From Raja brachyura (taxonomy: Eukaryota), in NCBI GenBank assembly GCA_963514005.1, contig OY740782.1:151094001-151158000 (forward strand): a DNA stretch of 64,000 nt, read 5' to 3'. Below, in pieces: positions 59,360 through 64,000 of the stretch. Position numbers and translations under genes: made by a program. How positions within the stretch are numbered: the first letter of the stretch is position 1; every line of letters starts with the position of its first letter. The notes beneath the pieces are model-generated. The model ran no database searches. It was not told the DNA's origin and was given only the letters and a program-made list of their open reading frames with translations.

Positions 59360-62300
59360 AACCTGTCTAATCTATGTGCCTGTCCAAGTGTCTTTTAAAT
59401 GTTGCGATAGACCTGCCTCAACTACCTCCTCCGGCAGCTCATTCCATACACAAACCCTCTGTATGGAAAAGTTACACCACAGATTCCTATGTTTAAGAAA
59501 GAACTGCAGATGCTGGAAAAATTGAAGGTAGACATAAAACCTGCAGAAACTCAGCGGGTGAGGCAGCATCTATGGAGCGAAGGAATATGCGACGTTTCGG
59601 GTCGAGACCCTTCAGATTGAAGAAGGGTCAGTCTAAAGAAGGGTTTCGACCTTAACGTCGCCTATTCCTTTGCTCCATAGATGCTGCCTCATCCGCTGAA
59701 TTTATCCAGCTTTTTTGTATACCTCCTATTAAATCTTTCCCCATCACCTTGAACCGATGACCTCTGGCAAGGAACTCTGTGCAACTACTTGATCTATTCC
59801 TGGTATGATTTTGTACACCTCTATAAGATCATCCCACATCCTCCTACGCGCCAAGGAATAAAGTTAAAATGACTATAATACATAACGCAACATAATACGC
59901 TACGACACATAATACATATAATACACTATGACATGATTGTTAACACACCCAAATACAATATAATACACTGCAACATACCTTAACACAATATAACACACTA
60001 TAATACAATATAACACACTGTAATACAAAATGTGGTTGATGCCCCTCACCAAGATGGTCGCCATCGCTACAAACGCCTCTCACCAAGATGGCTTCCGTAC
60101 TCTTCAGTCACACCCACTTCCACTAATTGCCCTGCTCCAAGATGGCAGCAGCCTCCCCTCAGTCATTCACTTGCTGCAAATGCCCCGCACCAAGGTGGCT
60201 GCCTCAGTCACACTCACTCCCTGCTGATGCCCCGCAGTGTCCTTTGTGACACCCACCTGGTCATACGGTGATGACGGGTGGGACGGTCGAGCCCGTGGGG
60301 AGAGACAAGGGAAGAGAGGGGGGCAGGGCTGGGGGAGGGGTGTCACGGAGTCACACAAATTTATCACCCTCTGACTTAAAGAAATTCCTCCCCATTTCCT
60401 TTCTAAAGGAACGCTCCTTAATTCTGAGGCTGTGCCCTCTGGTCCGAGACTCTCCCACTAGTGGAAACATCCTCTCCACATCCACTCTTTCCAAGCCTTT
60501 CACTATTTGGGAAAGTTTTAATGAGGCCCCCCCACCCCCACTCTAAACACACTGTAATACAAAATGTGGTTGATGCCCCTCACCAAGATAGTCGCCATCG
60601 CTACAAACGCCGCTCACCAAGATGGCTTCCGTACTCTTCAGTCACAGTCACTTCCACTAATTGCCCTGCACCAAGATGGCAGCAGCCTCCCCTCAGTCAG
60701 CCACTTGCTGCAAATGCCCCGCACCAAGGTGGCTTCCTCAGTCACACTCACTCCCTGCTGATGCACCGCAGTGTCCTTTGTGACCCGCAGTGTCCTTTGT
60801 GACCCCCACCTGGTCATATGGTGATGACGGGTGGGACGGTCGAGCCCGAGGGCTGGGGGAGGGGCGTCACGGAGTCACACAAATTTATCACTCTCTGACT
60901 AAAGAAATTCCTCCACATTTTCTTTCTAAAGGAACGAACGCTCTTTAATTCTGAGGCTGTGCCCTCTGGTCCGAGACTCTCCCACTAGTGGAAACATCCT
61001 CTCCACATCCACTCTATCCAAGCCTTTCATTATTCGGGAAAGTTTTAATGTGGACCCCCCCACTCTTCTAAACTCCAGTGATTCCAGGCCCAGTGCAGAC
61101 AAACGCTCATCGTACATTAACCTGGGAACGTTCTTGTAAATCTCCTCTGCAGTGTCAAGCACTTCCTTCCTCTGATATGCGACCAAAAACTGCTCACAAT
61201 GGCCCATGTCCCTCGAAAGCTGTCTAATCTATGTGCCTATCCAAGTATCTTTTAAATGTTGCGATAGACCTGCCTCAACTACCTCCTCCGGCAGCTCATT
61301 CCGTACACAAAACCTCTGTCTGGAAAAGTTACACCACAGATTCCTATGTTTAAGAAAGAACTGCAGATGCTGGAAAATTTGAAGGTAGACATAAAACCTG
61401 CAGAAACTCAGCGGGTGAGGCAGCATCTATGGAGCGAAGGAATATGCGGCGTTTCGGGTCGAGACCCTTCAGATTGAACAAGGGTCAGTTTAAAGAAGGG
61501 TTCAGACCTGTAATGTCGCCTATTCCTTTGCTCCATAGATGCTGCCTCATCCGCTGAATTTATCCAGCTTTTTTGTATACCTCCAATGAAATCTTTCCCC
61601 ATCACCTTAAACCGATGTCCTCTGGTCCTCGATTCCCCTACTCTGGCAAGGGACTCTGTGCATCTACTCGCTCTATTCCTGTTGTGATTTTGTACACCTC
61701 TATAAGATCATCCCACATCCTCCTGCGCGCCAAGGAATAAAGTTAAAATGCACTATAATACATAACGCAACATAATACGCTACGACACATAATACATATA
61801 ATACACTATGACATGATTGTTAACACACCCAAATACAATATAATACACTGCAACATACCTTAACACAATATAACACACTATAATACAATATAACACACTG
61901 TAATACAAAATGTGGTTGATGCCCCTCACCAAGATGGTCGCCATCGCTACAAACGCCCCTCACCAAGATGGCTTCCGTACTCTTCAGTCACAGTCACTTC
62001 CACTAATTGCCCTGCACCAAGATGGCAGCAGCCTCCCCTCAGTCAGCCACTTGCTGCAAATGCCCCGCACCAAGATGGCTGCCTCAGTCACACTCACTCT
62101 CTGCTGATGCCCCGCAGTGTCCTTTGTGACACCCACCTGGTCATACGGTGATGACGGGTGGGACGGTCGAGCCCGTGGGGGGAGACAAGGGAAGAGAAGG
62201 GGGCAGGGCTGGGGGAGGGGTGTCACGGAGTCACACAAATTTATCACCCTCTGACTTTAAGAAATTCCTCCCCATTTCCTTTCTAAAGGAACGCTCCTTA

Positions 62301-64000
62301 ATTCTGAGGCTGTGCCCTCTGGTCCGAGACTCTCCCACTAGTGGAAACATTCTCTCCACATCCACTCTATCCAAGCCTTTCACTATTCGGGAAAGTTTTA
62401 ATGAGGCCCCCCCACCCCCCCCCACTCTAAACACACTGTAATACAAAATGTGGTTGATGCCCCTCACCAAGATGGTCGCCATCGCTACAAACGCCCCTCA
62501 CCAAGATGGCTTCCGTACTCTTCAGTCAGTCACTTCCACTAATTGCCCTGCACTAAGATGGCAGCAGCCTCCCTTCAGTCAGTCACTTGCTGCAAATGCC
62601 CCGCACCAAGGTGGCTGCATCAATCACACTCACTCCCTGCTGATGCCCTGCAGTGTCCTTTGTGACCCGCAGTGTCCTTTGTGACCCCCACCTGGTCATA
62701 CGGTGATGACGGGTGGGACGGTCGAGCCCGAGGGCTGGGGAAGGGGAGTCACGGAGTCACACAAATTTATCACCCTCTGACTAAAGAAATTCCTCCACAT
62801 TTTCTTTCTAAAGGAACGAACGCTCTTTAATTCTTAGGCTGTGCCCTCTGGTCCGAGACTCTCCCGCTAGAGGAAACATCCTCTCCACATCCACTCTATC
62901 CAAGCCTTTCACTATTCGGGAAAGTTTTAATGTGGACCCCCCCCCCCCACTCTTCTAAACTCCAGTGATTCCAGGCCCAGTGCAGACAAACGCTCATCGT
63001 ACATTAACCTGGGATCGTTCTTGTAAATCTCCTCTGCAGTGTCAAGCACTTCCTTCCTCTGATATGGGACCAAAAACTGCTCACAATGGCCCATGTCCCT
63101 CGAAACCTGTCTAATCTATGTGCCTGTCCAAGTATCTTTTAAATGTTGCGATAGACCTGCCTCAACTACCTCCTCCGGCAGCTCATTCCGTACACAAAAC
63201 CTCTGTATGGAAAAGTTACACCACAGATTCCTATGTTTAAGAAAGAACTGCAGATGCTGGAAAATTTGAAGGTAGACATAAAACCTGCAGAAACTCAGCG
63301 GGTGAGGCAGCATCTATGGAGCGAAGGAATATGCGGCGTTTCGGGTCGAGACCCTTCAGATTGAACAAGGGTCAGTTTAAAGAAGGGTTCAGACCTGTAA
63401 TGTCGCCTATTCCTTTGCTCCATAGATGCTGCCTCATCCGCTGAATTTATCCAGCTTTTTTGTATACCTCCAATGAAATCTTTCCCCATCACCTTAAACC
63501 GATGTCCTCTGGTCCTCGATTCCCCTACTCTGGCAAGGGACTCTGTGCATCTACTCGCTCTATTCCTGTCGTGATTTTGTACACCTCTATAAGATCATCC
63601 CACATCCTCCTGCGCGCCAAGGAATAAAGTTAAAATGCACTATAATACATAACGCAACATAATACGCTACGACAGATAATACATATAATATACTATGCCA
63701 TGATTGTTAACACACCCAAATACAATATAATACACTGTAACACACCTTAACACAATATAACACACTATAATACAATATAACACACTGTAATACAAAATAT
63801 GGTTGATGCCCCTCACCAAGATGGTCGCCATCGCTACAAACGCCCCTCACCAAGATAGCTTCCGTACTCTTCAGTCAGTCACTTCCACTAATTGCCCTGC
63901 ACCAAGATGGCAGCAGCCTCCCCTCAGTCAGTCACTTGCTGCAAATGCCCCGCACCAAGGTGCTGCCTCAGTCACACTCACTCTCTGCTGATGCCCCACA
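59360..64000. repeat. Tandem duplication array, unit ~1.86-1.89 kb (2 complete plus 1 partial; diverged precursor unit at 57160-58590)
   Basis: Near-identical ORFs recur at 59372, 61229 and 63116. Each unit contains CR1 pieces, a Penelope palindrome, an AT/AC minisatellite and two CAAGATGG-rich blocks. Confidence 0.93.

Overview
Repeat-dense (roughly three quarters transposon-derived) vertebrate genomic DNA, almost certainly from a cartilaginous fish and probably a skate/ray (HE1-type SINE, HER1/CR1 LINEs, shark-type IgH leader). The left end holds an apparently intact germline IgH variable gene on the minus strand (leader exon, V exon, 23-bp-spacer RSS, octamer-less promoter). The right end holds three frameshifted calsyntenin (CLSTN3-like) exons and a ~1.87-kb tandem duplication array. 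Between them, almost every non-repetitive island translates on the minus strand, through many frameshifts, into decayed Ig-superfamily domains. The clearest is a gene model of leader, three V+C2 double-domain exons, a microexon, a TM exon and a cytoplasmic exon (32.6-40.9 kb), resembling the CD4/LAG-3/G6f-like family. The rest is nested mobile DNA: at least three CR1 families, including a near full-length copy whose 5' UTR is ~32 tandem 81-bp TATA-containing monomers; Tx1/L1; Rex1/Babar; Penelope fragments with decayed hammerhead-ribozyme cores; Tc1 and Tigger DNA transposons; a Helitron-like end; and SINEs. All translations were done by eye, and TE boundaries are approximate unless stated otherwise.
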